64,000 nucleotides of DNA from the human T2T-CHM13v2.0 reference genome, Homo sapiens. The stretch lies in assembly GCF_009914755.1 (NCBI RefSeq), contig NC_060932.1; one strand, given 5' to 3'. Position numbers and translations under genes: made by a program. The notes below the pieces were generated by a model. The model did no database searches and was not told the DNA's origin. It worked only from the letters and a program-made list of their open reading frames with translations. Numbering within the stretch: position 1 is the stretch's first letter; every line of letters begins with the position of its first letter. Positions 17,201 to 31,400 of the stretch are shown here, piece after piece.

Positions 17201-17289
17201 TGCCTGCCTCTGTGTTGTCCATACAAACTCCAAACTGATGTATTTTCTTTAACTTTTTTCTTGAGGCCAGTTTACATTTTTATACCTAA

Positions 17290-17541
<252 letters not shown>

Positions 17542-17623
17542 TGATTTTCCCAAAATACAATGTAATTGTCTTCATGAGGCAGCAGGTACACTATTTAAGA
17601 ACATAATTAAAATAAAACAAAAG

Positions 17624-17920
17624 ATGCCAGTCTCAGTGACTCGTGCCTGGAATTCTAGCACTTTGGGAGGCCGAGGCAGGAGGATGACTTGAGGGCAGGA
17701 ATTTAAGAGCAGCCTGGGCAACATAGTGAGACTCTGTCTCTACAAACACTAGAAAAACTAAGCCAGGTGTGGTGGGGCATGACTATAGTCCAGCTACTGA
17801 GGAGGCTGAGGTGGGAAGATAATTCTTGAGTGTGAGGTTACCATGAGCCATGATCATGCCACTGCACTCCAGCCTGAGCAACAGAGACCCCAACTCAAAA
17901 AATAAATAAATAAAAAGAAA
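17624..17920 (+). mobile_element. AluJ
   Basis: Diverged sense dimer. Confidence 0.85.
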
Positions 17921-18508
17921 ACAATGAGAAACATCCCGAAAACCAGGATTTAATTGCAGTTCAATCCCTAAAACCAAGATTTAATTGCAGTTCAATTATT
18001 TAGTCTTTAGGTTAATATCAAAAATATATACAAGGATGACAATGACAAGTCAGTTATGAGAAAAGATCCAGAAATGTTACTCTTGGTCTCATGCATTGTC
18101 ACTGACAATGCATAAACAAACTGTACAAGCCATATTGATTTACTCCTAAAATATCAGTCTTCAAGGTTAAGGAATGACCATACTACATTTATCCTGTGCC
18201 TCTAACTGGGGTGTGTCTATTTATTGCCATAGCTTCATAATAAACACAGCTTGTGAATAAGAAACTGTGTTTGGATATTTTCCTGGCTTGAGAAATTATC
18301 TCCTCCTAGAAATTCAGATCAAGAATAATGTAGAGTACATATTTGGAGTTTAATATTAGAGTAGGAGATGAAAAAGATAGGACATTTGGGCTTCCTTTGG
18401 ACATAAGACATTTGTATTGCAGTTTCGAGCCTCATTGCTTGGCACATTCAATATATATTTCTTTAGTTACCTAGCCTCCTTTTCCTCCCACTAAAGAAAA
18501 TAGTTTCA

Positions 18509-18759
18509 AGCACTGTGCGAGGCCAAGGCGGGCGGATCACTTGAGCCCAGGAAGGAGTTTAAGACCAGCCTGGGCAACATCATGAGACCCCATCTCTACA
18601 AAAAATAAAAAATAATTAGTTGGGCATGGTGGCATTCACCTGTAGTCCCAGCTACTTTGGAGGCTGAGGTGGGAGGATCGCTTGAGCCCAGGAGGTCAGG
18701 GCTGCAGTAAGCTGTTTGTACCACTGCACTCCAGCCTGGGAAAGAAAAAAAAAAAAAAG
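18509..18759 (+). mobile_element. Alu, 5' truncated
   Basis: TSD aatagtttcaag. Confidence 0.88.
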
Positions 18760-19074
18760 AATAGTTTCAAGACATAACTTTGCTTCTGATTCTTAGCCAT
18801 ATTTTATCAGAAATCAAAACTCCAGTTCTTTTTGGGTTACTCTATTTCTGTAATGTTTGGCTTCATTATTATTATTATTATTTTAAGCAAGTATTACTCT
18901 ATAGACTAAAAAGGAAATAAGGTCAAATCCAGTCATTTGTTTTACTTTCTACATAACAGCAAAAATGACTGAAGAGTGGGAAATGAAGCTTGTGTTGGGG
19001 AAGGGAGATTAGAATTAAGTGAGCAAGAATATCTGAAGCTTTATATTTTATAATATGCCTAAATTTCACTAATC

Positions 19075-19220
19075 ATAAGGATTATGTAGAGGTCTTTATT
19101 CAAAATAAAGATTCCCCAGACTTACTGAGTCACAGTGCTAGGGCAGGGGCCTAAAAATCTATATTTTTCACAAGTACCGCAGTGAGTTTTACAATCAGGA
19201 AAATCTGGGCAGTACTGGTA
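19075..19220. mobile_element. MER5-like hAT-Charlie remnant
   Basis: ccccagacttactgagtca...aaatctatatttttcacaag motifs. Confidence 0.55.
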
Positions 19221-19531
19221 TATGAAGAGTGAAGATCAGACAGATGTAACCAACAAGTACACCTCAGCTGTGTGGCTCTGTAGGTCACGTGGAAAACAAA
19301 ATACTCTGGGTGTTTTACTTATGTGGTCTTCTGTAATCGGAACTTTTAACTTTTCAGAAGCCAGGGTGAAATCTACAAAAGCGAGTTTTAAAACTGATTT
19401 CTGTATATTTTTATATAAATATATAAAATCTGTTGGCTTTTTCTTGTAACCAAACTTAGTATATGTTCCTTATAAATTAAAAAAAAAAACAAGCATGTAA
19501 GCAAAAATGAGTCAATGAAAAGCACCTGTAA

Positions 19532-19886
<355 letters not shown>

Positions 19887-19949
19887 TTGCTGTGTGGTAC
19901 TCTTGACTTTGCTTTCTGCCAATCGGCCTTAATTACCTTATCTTTTTAG

Positions 19950-20048
<99 letters not shown>

Positions 20049-20420
20049 GAACAGTGTATAACATGAAGATAACATTTTGTCTTTGACCACTGTCTTTTGA
20101 ATGGGCCCACAGTGTTTATGTACTCTTAACAACTCACAGAATAATACATGTTCACTTTATTTTGTAAAATTGGGTTGAGAGGAAACTAATGGAGTTTCAT
20201 TGTAACTGTCCTTTGTAATTTATATAAATGTATTATTTTCCTATATCCTTGGTTCTTTTCTGATAATTTACAGATTTAGCTTTTCTTTTGTTATATAAAC
20301 TGCTAGCCACAAATTTTAGTTATGTAAAAGGCTACCCTTGACAAGAAAAGACATACTGTCATGTATTTATATTCTAGCATAGACTAAACTGAATAAAAAT
20401 GCTGATAACAGGACCTTTAG
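20049..20420 (+). other. DCTN6: DCTN6 3' UTR (end approximate)
   Basis: AT-rich unique sequence after the stop codon, several TGTA motifs, ends ~20 nt after AATAAA. Confidence 0.7.
20392..20397 (+). terminator. Polyadenylation signal AATAAA
   Basis: First canonical AATAAA after the stop, followed by T-rich sequence (20438-20480). Confidence 0.75.
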
Positions 20421-20954
20421 TAAGCATACTTTAATCAGTTTTTCTCCTTGAATTAATCTTTTCTCTTAATTTTTATTATGTACTAGTTGTATTAAAGCTA
20501 ATGTGTTTACTTTTTCCTCTTGTGGATTTGTAGCTGTTTAAAATTTCAGGTGAATTTCAGTAGCTATTGAATTAATTTAGACTTCACTTTGTTTTTAAGA
20601 AAAGTACAATTTTTTCTTTTTGGTAAAACAAAAGTAATCAGGGAAAGATGTTTTCAGTAGAATACAAATTAGTGGCATTCTTGGGTTTCTGAGGACAATG
20701 AAACTAAAAGAAATTTTGAAATTATACAAATTTATGAAATTATTAATATTTTAGCATAGTGCTAATCACTAATCATTGAGCTTTATTATTCTGTTGTCTA
20801 TGTAGTGAGCAAAATGTTGAGAATTTTATAATTCCAAATTTTTAAAATAATTCAAGTGCATAAATTTACTGGAACATACTTCTCAACTTTTGAATTAGTA
20901 GATATTGACTAATACTAAGATACTAAAATACTAAGATATTCTCTCAAAATTTAA

Positions 20955-21197
20955 TTTTTATTTATTTATTTTAGAGACAAGGATCTCACTCTATTACCTA
21001 GGCTGGAGTGCAGTGGCACAGTCTGCTCACATGGATCACTTGACCTCCTCAAACTCAAGTGATCCTCCCGCCTCAGCCTCTTGAGTAGTTGGGACTATAG
21101 GCATAAGCCACCATGCCTAGCTTTTTTATTTTTTTTAACTTTTTGTGGAGACAGGATCTCGCTGTGTTGCCCAGGCTGGTCTCAAACTCCTGACTCA
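20955..21197 (-). mobile_element. AluJ, 5' truncated
   Basis: TSD ctcaaaatttaattttta. Confidence 0.87.
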
Positions 21198-22592
21198 AAA
21201 TTTAATTTTTAATTGTGAATAGAAAAAAATATATTTTTGAATTTCTGAAACTGACAGTGCAAATTAGCGTAATCATTCGAAATTGGAATGATTTTGGTAA
21301 GAATACTCATGACTAAACTTGGAAAACTATACTGTAGCAGATGAAACATTGAGCTTTTGAAAAGGAGAACATAAATACCCTATTTCTGTTAACTGCTATT
21401 TATTCATTTTTCAACCCCCTGGTGATCAGTTCAGAATGTTGTTGATCATGGAAATTTTCTAGATAAAAGAAATGAGAAATTACAAGACAGTCTTTGAAAT
21501 TCTATACTGGTTCTAATGTATTCTCTTTGGACAGGCTCTGATATGCTAAGTAAATGGCCTCTCCAAACTACACAGGTACTATGTGGGGCAGCAGTGAGAT
21601 ACCTTCTAAGGACTTGATAAGAAGAAACCACCAGAGAGTCTACACATAGTGAGGAGAGTCTCAATGCTTCCCAGGTACACTGTAGGTTATTACATGATAT
21701 TAACTCATTTGAGAAAAGAAAACCGAAATTATCAACTCACCAAAATGGGGTTTGAAGAAACAAAATATGACAGTGTGTATACAGTGTTATCCGTGAAAAG
21801 GAAGTCCTGCATCCAAGAGATGTGAGTAATTCAGTGACCAAAAGTGTTCTCTACTTCAGTTAGGACTAGTTTATCAAGACCCAAGGTATGTGGCTTAGGG
21901 AGAACATACCTTGAGACTTGCCACTTCTTTTGGCACTAATTACAAGCCTAACTGAACCATCTTCTGATTGTTGATATGGCCTTTTAAGCTATTGTTGTTC
22001 AGGAAAAGGGAGAATTATGCATGAGGGCACCAACATTTCATTCTGCACATAGTAAATTTAGAGAAATTCTCTGGTTTATATGTCAGTCTCATGTGAATTT
22101 TGTGTGTGTGGTTCTGCCCCCAAGTTTGTCAGTTTAGCCTATGAGTTTCTAAATATTCTGATGAAACATAGTTTCTGATTCTTCAGGATAGAGAACCAAA
22201 GCCCGGACAGATTATTGCAAACTTCACTCTTTGGGGCTTCTGCATAGCCAGGCTGTCAGCCTTCTTCTAGTGGCACTCTATCTCACTTGAGACTACACTC
22301 AAACTGCATCCCAAATATTCTAGACAAATAAGCTAAGTGGTAAGGAGAACCCAGACATCCATGTGACATGAGGTAGTAACTGGGCAGGGAAAAGAGAGAA
22401 ACCATTTTATCAAATCATCTTATTGCAATCTGGCACTAGCTCTTCGGGCAAGATGATGGATCTTCACCAGTTGAACAGTGTAAGGTCTAGAAACAGTGAT
22501 GAAACTTCACTTCATCCATAAGCACACACTGTAGTAGTTATGTATGCTGTGTAACAAATTACCCCCAAAACTAAAACAACACACATCTTATT

Positions 22593-22798
22593 AGCTCACT
22601 CAGTTTCTGAGAATCAAGAATCTGTGTGTGGCTTAGCTGATGCTGGGGCTGCAGTATTCATTTCCAAGATGGCACACTAACATGGTTGTTGCCCGAAGGC
22701 CTCAGTTCATCATCACATGAGCCTCTCTACAAGGCTACCTGGGTGTTCTCTTGACATGGCAGTTGGCTTTCTCCATAATGAGTGATCCCAGAGAGGAT
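22593..22798 (+). repeat. Inverted repeat arm A (inside an MLT1 LTR)
   Basis: Reverse complement of 24974-25181; 22627-22770 is identical. Confidence 0.95.
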
Positions 22799-22965
22799 GG
22801 AAGCCACAAGGCCTTTCATGACCCAGTCTCTGAAGTTGCACACGATCATTTCCAATGAATTTGATTTGTTAGAAGTGAGTCACTAAGTCCATTCTACACT
22901 GAAGGGATGGGGAATTAAGCTGTACCTTTTGAAGGCAATAGCATCAAAGAGTTCATGCTCATATT

Positions 22966-23425
<460 letters not shown>

Positions 23426-23483
23426 TAATTGCCATGGCACATGACGTCATCAAAGGTCATCTTACCCACTTGAAGCCCCATTA

Positions 23484-24410
23484 TGTAGTGTTTTCTGACA
23501 TCAAATGTGTGGTTTTTCCAACACCAGCAACCGATTCTCCAACACCAACTGAATGTCCAGCAATTCAGAACAGTTCTGGTGCTATCTGGAGTTAGCCCAG
23601 ACCCCACACTCCCATAAAACTACACCCACTTCATTTGCCAGCATCAAATAGGGTACCCAAACTACCCATACTTCTGCCCACCCCAACTCCAAATTAGGGT
23701 ATTCCCATGATCCTTCAGGCTCAATAATTCTCTAGAATGGCTCAGAGAACTCAGGAAAGTGTGTATTTACTACTGCAGATGTATTACTCAGGAACAGCTG
23801 AAAGCAAGAAGTACCAAGGCCATGGGATGGGATGGAATGGCACAGGGTTTCCATTCCTTCTTTGAGCACGTCAGCCTCCCAGCACAGCACCAGCCTGGAA
23901 GCTTTCCAAATCTAATCATTCAGGAGTTTTTATGATCCGGTCTGTAGCCCCTCTAACCTCCCTGGAGTTTGTGGGTCAGGGCTGAGAGTTCTGATCCTCT
24001 AGCCCTATGTTCTCATTAGCATACAAAAGACAGTACATTCCGGCCAGGCATGGTGACTCATGCCTGCAATCCCAGCACTTTGGGAGATTGAGGTGGGCAG
24101 ATAACTTGACGTCAGGAGTTCAAGACCAGCCTGGCTGACATGGTGAAACCCCATCTCTACTAAAAATACAAAAATTAGCCAGGCATGGTGGTGGGCACCT
24201 GTAATCCCAACTACTTGGGAGGCTGAGGCAGAATTGTTTGAACTCGGGAGGCAGAGGTTGCAGTGAGCCAAGATGGCACCACTGCACTCCCCCTGAGAGC
24301 AAGACTCCGTCTCAAGAAAAAAAAAAAAAAAACCCAGTAATTTCCAAGGGTCTGAGAAGCTCTGTGCCAGGGACCAGGGACAAAGACCAAATATTTTTTA
24401 TTTTGCCACA
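23484..24410 (-). mobile_element. MER21-like LTR interrupted by an Alu
   Basis: Ends ...gctctgtgccagggaccagggacaaagaccaaatat...ccaca, the reverse complement of the MER21 5' end. Confidence 0.7.
24041..24333 (+). mobile_element. AluS
   Basis: Sense dimer. Confidence 0.9.
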
Positions 24411-24609
24411 TCTATCTTCTTAGCAATTTAGATTACTTTCCCTTAAATATAACAAATTCCATTAAGCATCAGTTTAAGTTGAGGCGTAACAGAAATTATT
24501 ATTAGCAAAAACCTTGAGAGATAAGAATACTAAGCGGGAGAAATAATAGAAGAACTATTTTAACCCTAATATACTTTGTCAAGTCTGACTTTTTTAAAAA
24601 TCGCATTTA

Positions 24610-24830
24610 TTAAGCTTGCATAGAGCTGACTACATGCCAAGCACTGTTAAAAGCAGTTTACGTGTAACTTGTTAATTGCACATTATTTCCTTTAATTGTC
24701 TTAATCAGGTAGGTGATATTACTATCCTTATTTTGCAGAAATTGAGGCACAAAGAGGTTAAGTAATTGCCAGAGGTCCACTCAGCTAGTAAGTGGCATTT
24801 TGGCTCCAGAGTTCATGATCTTAAGCATAT
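24610..24830 (-). mobile_element. MIR
   Basis: gaaattgaggcacaaagaggttaagtaattgcc core. Confidence 0.7.
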
Positions 24831-24973
24831 TCTCTGTTGCTTTATTGGAAGACTAAACCTTTTAAGATAGATATTCTATAATTCAGTGGGCTTCCTAAAT
24901 GCAAATGGAGAAAACAGATGTGGATTCACCTTTCCTAAACGCTTTGCCTCTCTTTAAATTCTTCAACTGAGTG

Positions 24974-25181
24974 ATCCTCTCTGGGATCACTCATATTCTG
25001 GAAAAAGCCAACTGCCATGTCAAGAGAACACCCAGGTAGCCTTGTAGAGAGGCTCATGTGATGATGAACTGAGGCCTTCGGGCAACAACCATGTTAGTGT
25101 GCCATCTTGGAAATGAATACTGCAGCCCCAGCATCAGCTAAGCCACATGCAGATTCCTGATTCTCAGAAACTGAGTGAGCT
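24974..25181 (-). repeat. Inverted repeat arm B (copy of the MLT1 segment)
   Basis: Reverse complement of 22593-22798; 25004-25147 is identical. Confidence 0.95.
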
Positions 25182-25542
25182 GGGATTACAGGTGTGAGCC
25201 ATTGTGCCCAGTCTGGGTCTGCTTGTTATAACTAATTAACTGTAGTGGTAATTTGTGGTGGTGTTTTGTTCTGTTTTTTTAGTGTGTGTGTGTTTTACTG
25301 GTAAAAGTAATACATTAATAATTTCATTTTACACAGTTTAGGAGGTGGGGAGAAAACACTTCTGATTCCATGGCCCCACCTCAAGCACCACCATTTGAAT
25401 CGTTTTGGGGCTAATTTTTAATGTGCAATCCAAGGTGAATGAAGATCTCTCAGACACATGCACCTTAAAGCTTCATAATTCTCATGTAGACCTGCTGTTT
25501 TAACACAAGAGGGCACCAGTAGACAGGATAGTCCCCCCATAG

Positions 25543-25858
<316 letters not shown>

Positions 25859-26174
25859 TCTTTCTGACCCATTTTAAGGATACTTTAGACTTTAATACTT
25901 TATTAAACAAAACTAGGAGCAGTTCCTTTCTTGTCTCCTTTAAAGGGTGTTGTATTTAAATATTTTAGAACATTTAGCTGGGACTAGGTTCATGACACTA
26001 AACACATGCAAATGGAGGCTCAGGCTTTGAGAAGAGAATCATTGTCAGGCCCACTAGAGACCCAGCCAAGAATGGATTGATTGCCCAAGCCTTCATTGTC
26101 AGCATCCCTCTCCACAGGGTTTCAGCATTGCTCACCTTCATGAAAGTTTGGTGCTAAGTCCCTGAATTTAGACT

Positions 26175-26316
26175 TTCTTTTTTCCTTTTTAAAATTTTCA
26201 GTGACAGGGACTCACCATGTTGACCAGGCTGCTCTTGAACTCCTGGACTCAAGCCACCCTCCTGCCTCAGCCTCCCAGCGTGCTGGGATTACAGGCATGA
26301 GCCACCATGGCCTGCC
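26175..26316 (-). mobile_element. FLAM/Alu monomer
   Basis: Antisense monomer. Confidence 0.82.
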
Positions 26317-26354
26317 TAGATTTTCCATTTCTTAAACTAACTCAGCTTTCGTTA

Positions 26355-27240
<886 letters not shown>

Positions 27241-27349
27241 AAATTAAAAATAAAATTTTGAAGATATATATAATAATTTTATGAAGCCCCATATAGCTGA
27301 CTTTTTTCTTTAACCAACCAACTACAGATTCTGACTGCGTAGTTAGGAT

Positions 27350-27489
27350 GGCCGGGTGCAGTAGCTCACACCTGTAATCCCAGCGCTTTGGGAGGCTGAG
27401 GTGGGTGGATTGCTTCAGCCCAGGAGTTTGAGACCAGCCAGACCTCATCTCTATTAAAAAAAGAAGAAGAAGAAGAAGAAGAAGAAGAA
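27350..27489 (+). mobile_element. FLAM/Alu monomer with (GAA)9 tail
   Basis: Left-arm motifs, then GAA repeats at 27463-27489. Confidence 0.85.
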
Positions 27490-27709
27490 TCAGAATTTCT
27501 GCAGTATAGTTCCAGGAGCTGCCAAACAGTGGTATAAGGAAATGAATTGCCTGGGCCTCAACATATCCTCAGTGTCAGTGACACATGTATACTTTCAAAT
27601 GAATAACCTCTTTTTATGAAGATTATACTTTGGCATCCCTTATCTGTAGGCTAGCTGTGCTTGATTGTAGTAGAATAGATTTTTAGGACTTAATCATCAT
27701 TAATGTATC

Positions 27710-28079
27710 TGTATTAGTCCGTTTTCACACTGCTGATGAAGACATACCGGAGAATGGGCAATTTACAAAAGAAAGAGGTTGACTGGACTTACAGTTCCAC
27801 GTGGCTGGAAGGCCTCACAATCATGGCAGAAGGTGAAAGGCATATCTCACATGGTGGCAGACAAGAAAAGAGGGCTTGTGCAGGGAAACTCCCGTTTTTA
27901 AAACCATCGGATCTTGTGAGACTGAGACCAAGACCAACTCACTATCACAAGAACAGAACAGGAAAGAGTCACCCCCATGATTCAATCACCTCCCACCAGG
28001 TTTCTCCCACAACATGTGGGAATTGTGGGAGTTGCAATTCAAGATGAGATTTAGGTGGAGACACAGCCAAACCATATCA
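27710..28079 (-). mobile_element. THE1 solo LTR
   Basis: tgtattagtcc...ccaaaccatatca with 5-bp TSD GTATC. Confidence 0.9.
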
Positions 28080-28334
28080 GTATCTACACTTGTTTGTTCA
28101 GAGAACAATTTCAAGTCTGTCAGCTTATCCTGCAACTGTGCCTAAAATATGTTCCTTTTTTACTTAAGGCTACCTGGCACTGCTGTAGATGTGTAATATA
28201 TTTTGCTTAAATGCTTAGCATGAAAGGGAAGACTTCCACTTTTGGTTGCTGTAACCCGTGAACTTTCGCCATTATGTTCAGTAGACTTTGTAATCAGAAA
28301 AAAAAAAATGACCATATTGAATCCCAGATGGCAT

Positions 28335-28643
28335 TCTTTTTTTTTTTTTCTTTTTTTAAGAAAGGGTCTCACTGTGTCACTCAGGCTGAAGTGCAGTGTC
28401 ACTATCATGGCTCACTGCAGCTTTGACCTCCCAGGTTCACATGATCCTTCCACGTCAGCCTCCCAATTAGCTGGGACTACAGGCATGCACAACCATGTCC
28501 AGTTCATTTTTAAATTTTTTTTTGTAGAGACGAGATCTCCCTATGTTGCCCAGACTGATCTCGAACTCCTGGGCTCAAGCTATACTCCTGCATTGGCCTC
28601 CCAAAGTGCTGGGATTACAGGTGTGAGCCACAGCACCCTGCCC
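28335..28643 (-). mobile_element. AluJ
   Basis: TSD cccagatggcattcttt. Confidence 0.9.
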
Positions 28644-28924
28644 CAGATGGCATTCTTTACATTCTAACTTTATCATAATGCAAATAGAAACATTAAAAAG
28701 CTCTTTACTAAGTTATAATTATTAAATTTTGTTTGTCCCACGTAAAATCAAGTGCATTTTCAGTTTTGAACACTGAAAATGAAGGGTGAAATCTCTCATG
28801 TTGGAAATGATATTTTGCTAAGGCTGCCTTCCTCTTTTTGCAAGATATGTGGCCCCTTCTGTATGTTTAAAGCTCTGCACCAAAGAAGAGACATATGAGA
28901 TCAAGGACAAGCTTCTGTCTTTCA

Positions 28925-29609
<685 letters not shown>

Positions 29610-30135
29610 TAACAGATCTTCAATTTTGTTCAACTATCCACCCATCCATGGATTGACTTTAATCAGTCCATTCCAATGAATATTTGGCCTTTCTCTGATC
29701 CACAGGTGCATGTATAATTTGCCTAATACAAGCTAAGGGAAGAACATATTTCATAGTTGGGGGAGGTTTTCCTTCTTCCACTGGATGTGAATAGGGGAAC
29801 ATGCTGCCTGTTTGGAACTGGCAGCCACCTTACCACCATGAGGGGAAGCAACAAAATGCAAAGATATAAAAAATATAGATGCTTCAAGACATGGCTGAAC
29901 CCAAACTTAGAGCCTAGTCCTTGTAGATAATACATTTTCTCCCTATTTAAGCGAGAGTGAACTGCGTTGTCTGTGACTTGCAGAAATTTTGTGTCCTGTT
30001 ACAAAATATCAAAAAGTTGCCTCAATTTTCTAGTGTCCTGCTCTACTGATGCAGTAAGCATCTGCCTGGTCCCAACATTGCTGGCTGCTGTAGGGATGGT
30101 TAACTGAAAAGGGGCAAGAGCATATTATACATGTA

Positions 30136-30554
30136 CAGTCACACACTGCATAACAACGTTTCAGTCAATGACAGACCACATGTATGACAGTGGTCTCATA
30201 AGATTATAATGGAGCTGAAAAATGCTTATCACCAAGTGATGTCATAGCCATTGGAACATCATAGTGCAACACATTACTCATGTGTTGTGGCAATGCTGGT
30301 GTAAACAAACCTACTGTGCTGCTAGTTGTATAGAAGTATAGTAGTTATCATTGTGTTACAATCACCTATAGTATTCAGAGCAGTAATGTGCAGTACAGGT
30401 TTGTAGCCTAGGAGCAATGGGCTATAGCCTAGATATATAGTAGGATATATCATCTAGTTTGTGTAAGTACACTCTGTGATATTCATACAATGATGAAATT
30501 GCCTAATGATACATTTCTCAGAACTCATCCCCATTGTTAAGTGACACATGATTG
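30136..30554 (-). mobile_element. Tigger3/MER7-like non-autonomous DNA transposon
   Basis: TIR-like ends cagtca...catgattg flanked by TA. Confidence 0.75.
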
Positions 30555-30840
30555 TAGATATGAAGCCAGAGAAAAAGCTTTGTTTAACAAGAGATAATGG
30601 CAGCTTTGGGATGTGGCAATAAAGATATGGACAAGTGGAAAAATTAAAGATGTAATTAAGAGACAAAACTGATAAGATTCAGGGATGAACTAAATACTAA
30701 GGGAAGGGAGAGACAGGTGGCAAGCATGACCCTAGGAGTTTCTATTTTGCATAAGTAGATGGATAGTGATACACTCACTAAGCTCCAGAGATCACCAGAA
30801 CAGAGAAGGTTTAATATTGAAGAACAAGAATTTGATGTTT

Positions 30841-31130
<290 letters not shown>

Positions 31131-31199
31131 TTGATGTTTGACACACTGAATTTGAGATACCTTTGAAGTATCCAGTTTAGATTTTTCTATAACAGCTTG

Positions 31200-31400
31200 A
31201 TTAATATATAATTTACCTTTTAAAAAATTATCTGGTTTTTAATATATTCAGAGTTATGCAACCATCATTTCTATCTAAATTATTTTTTAATATTTTCATC
31301 ACTCCAAAAAGAAAATTTCATATCCTTTAGCAGTCATTTCCTATTCTCCCTTCCTCCTAACCCCTGGCAACCACCAAGCTGCTTTTCTGTCTCTAATGCT
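31200..31400 (-). mobile_element. L1M 3' end fragment
   Basis: gcaaccatc...ttcatcactccaaaaagaaa...cccctggcaaccac motifs. Confidence 0.7.
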
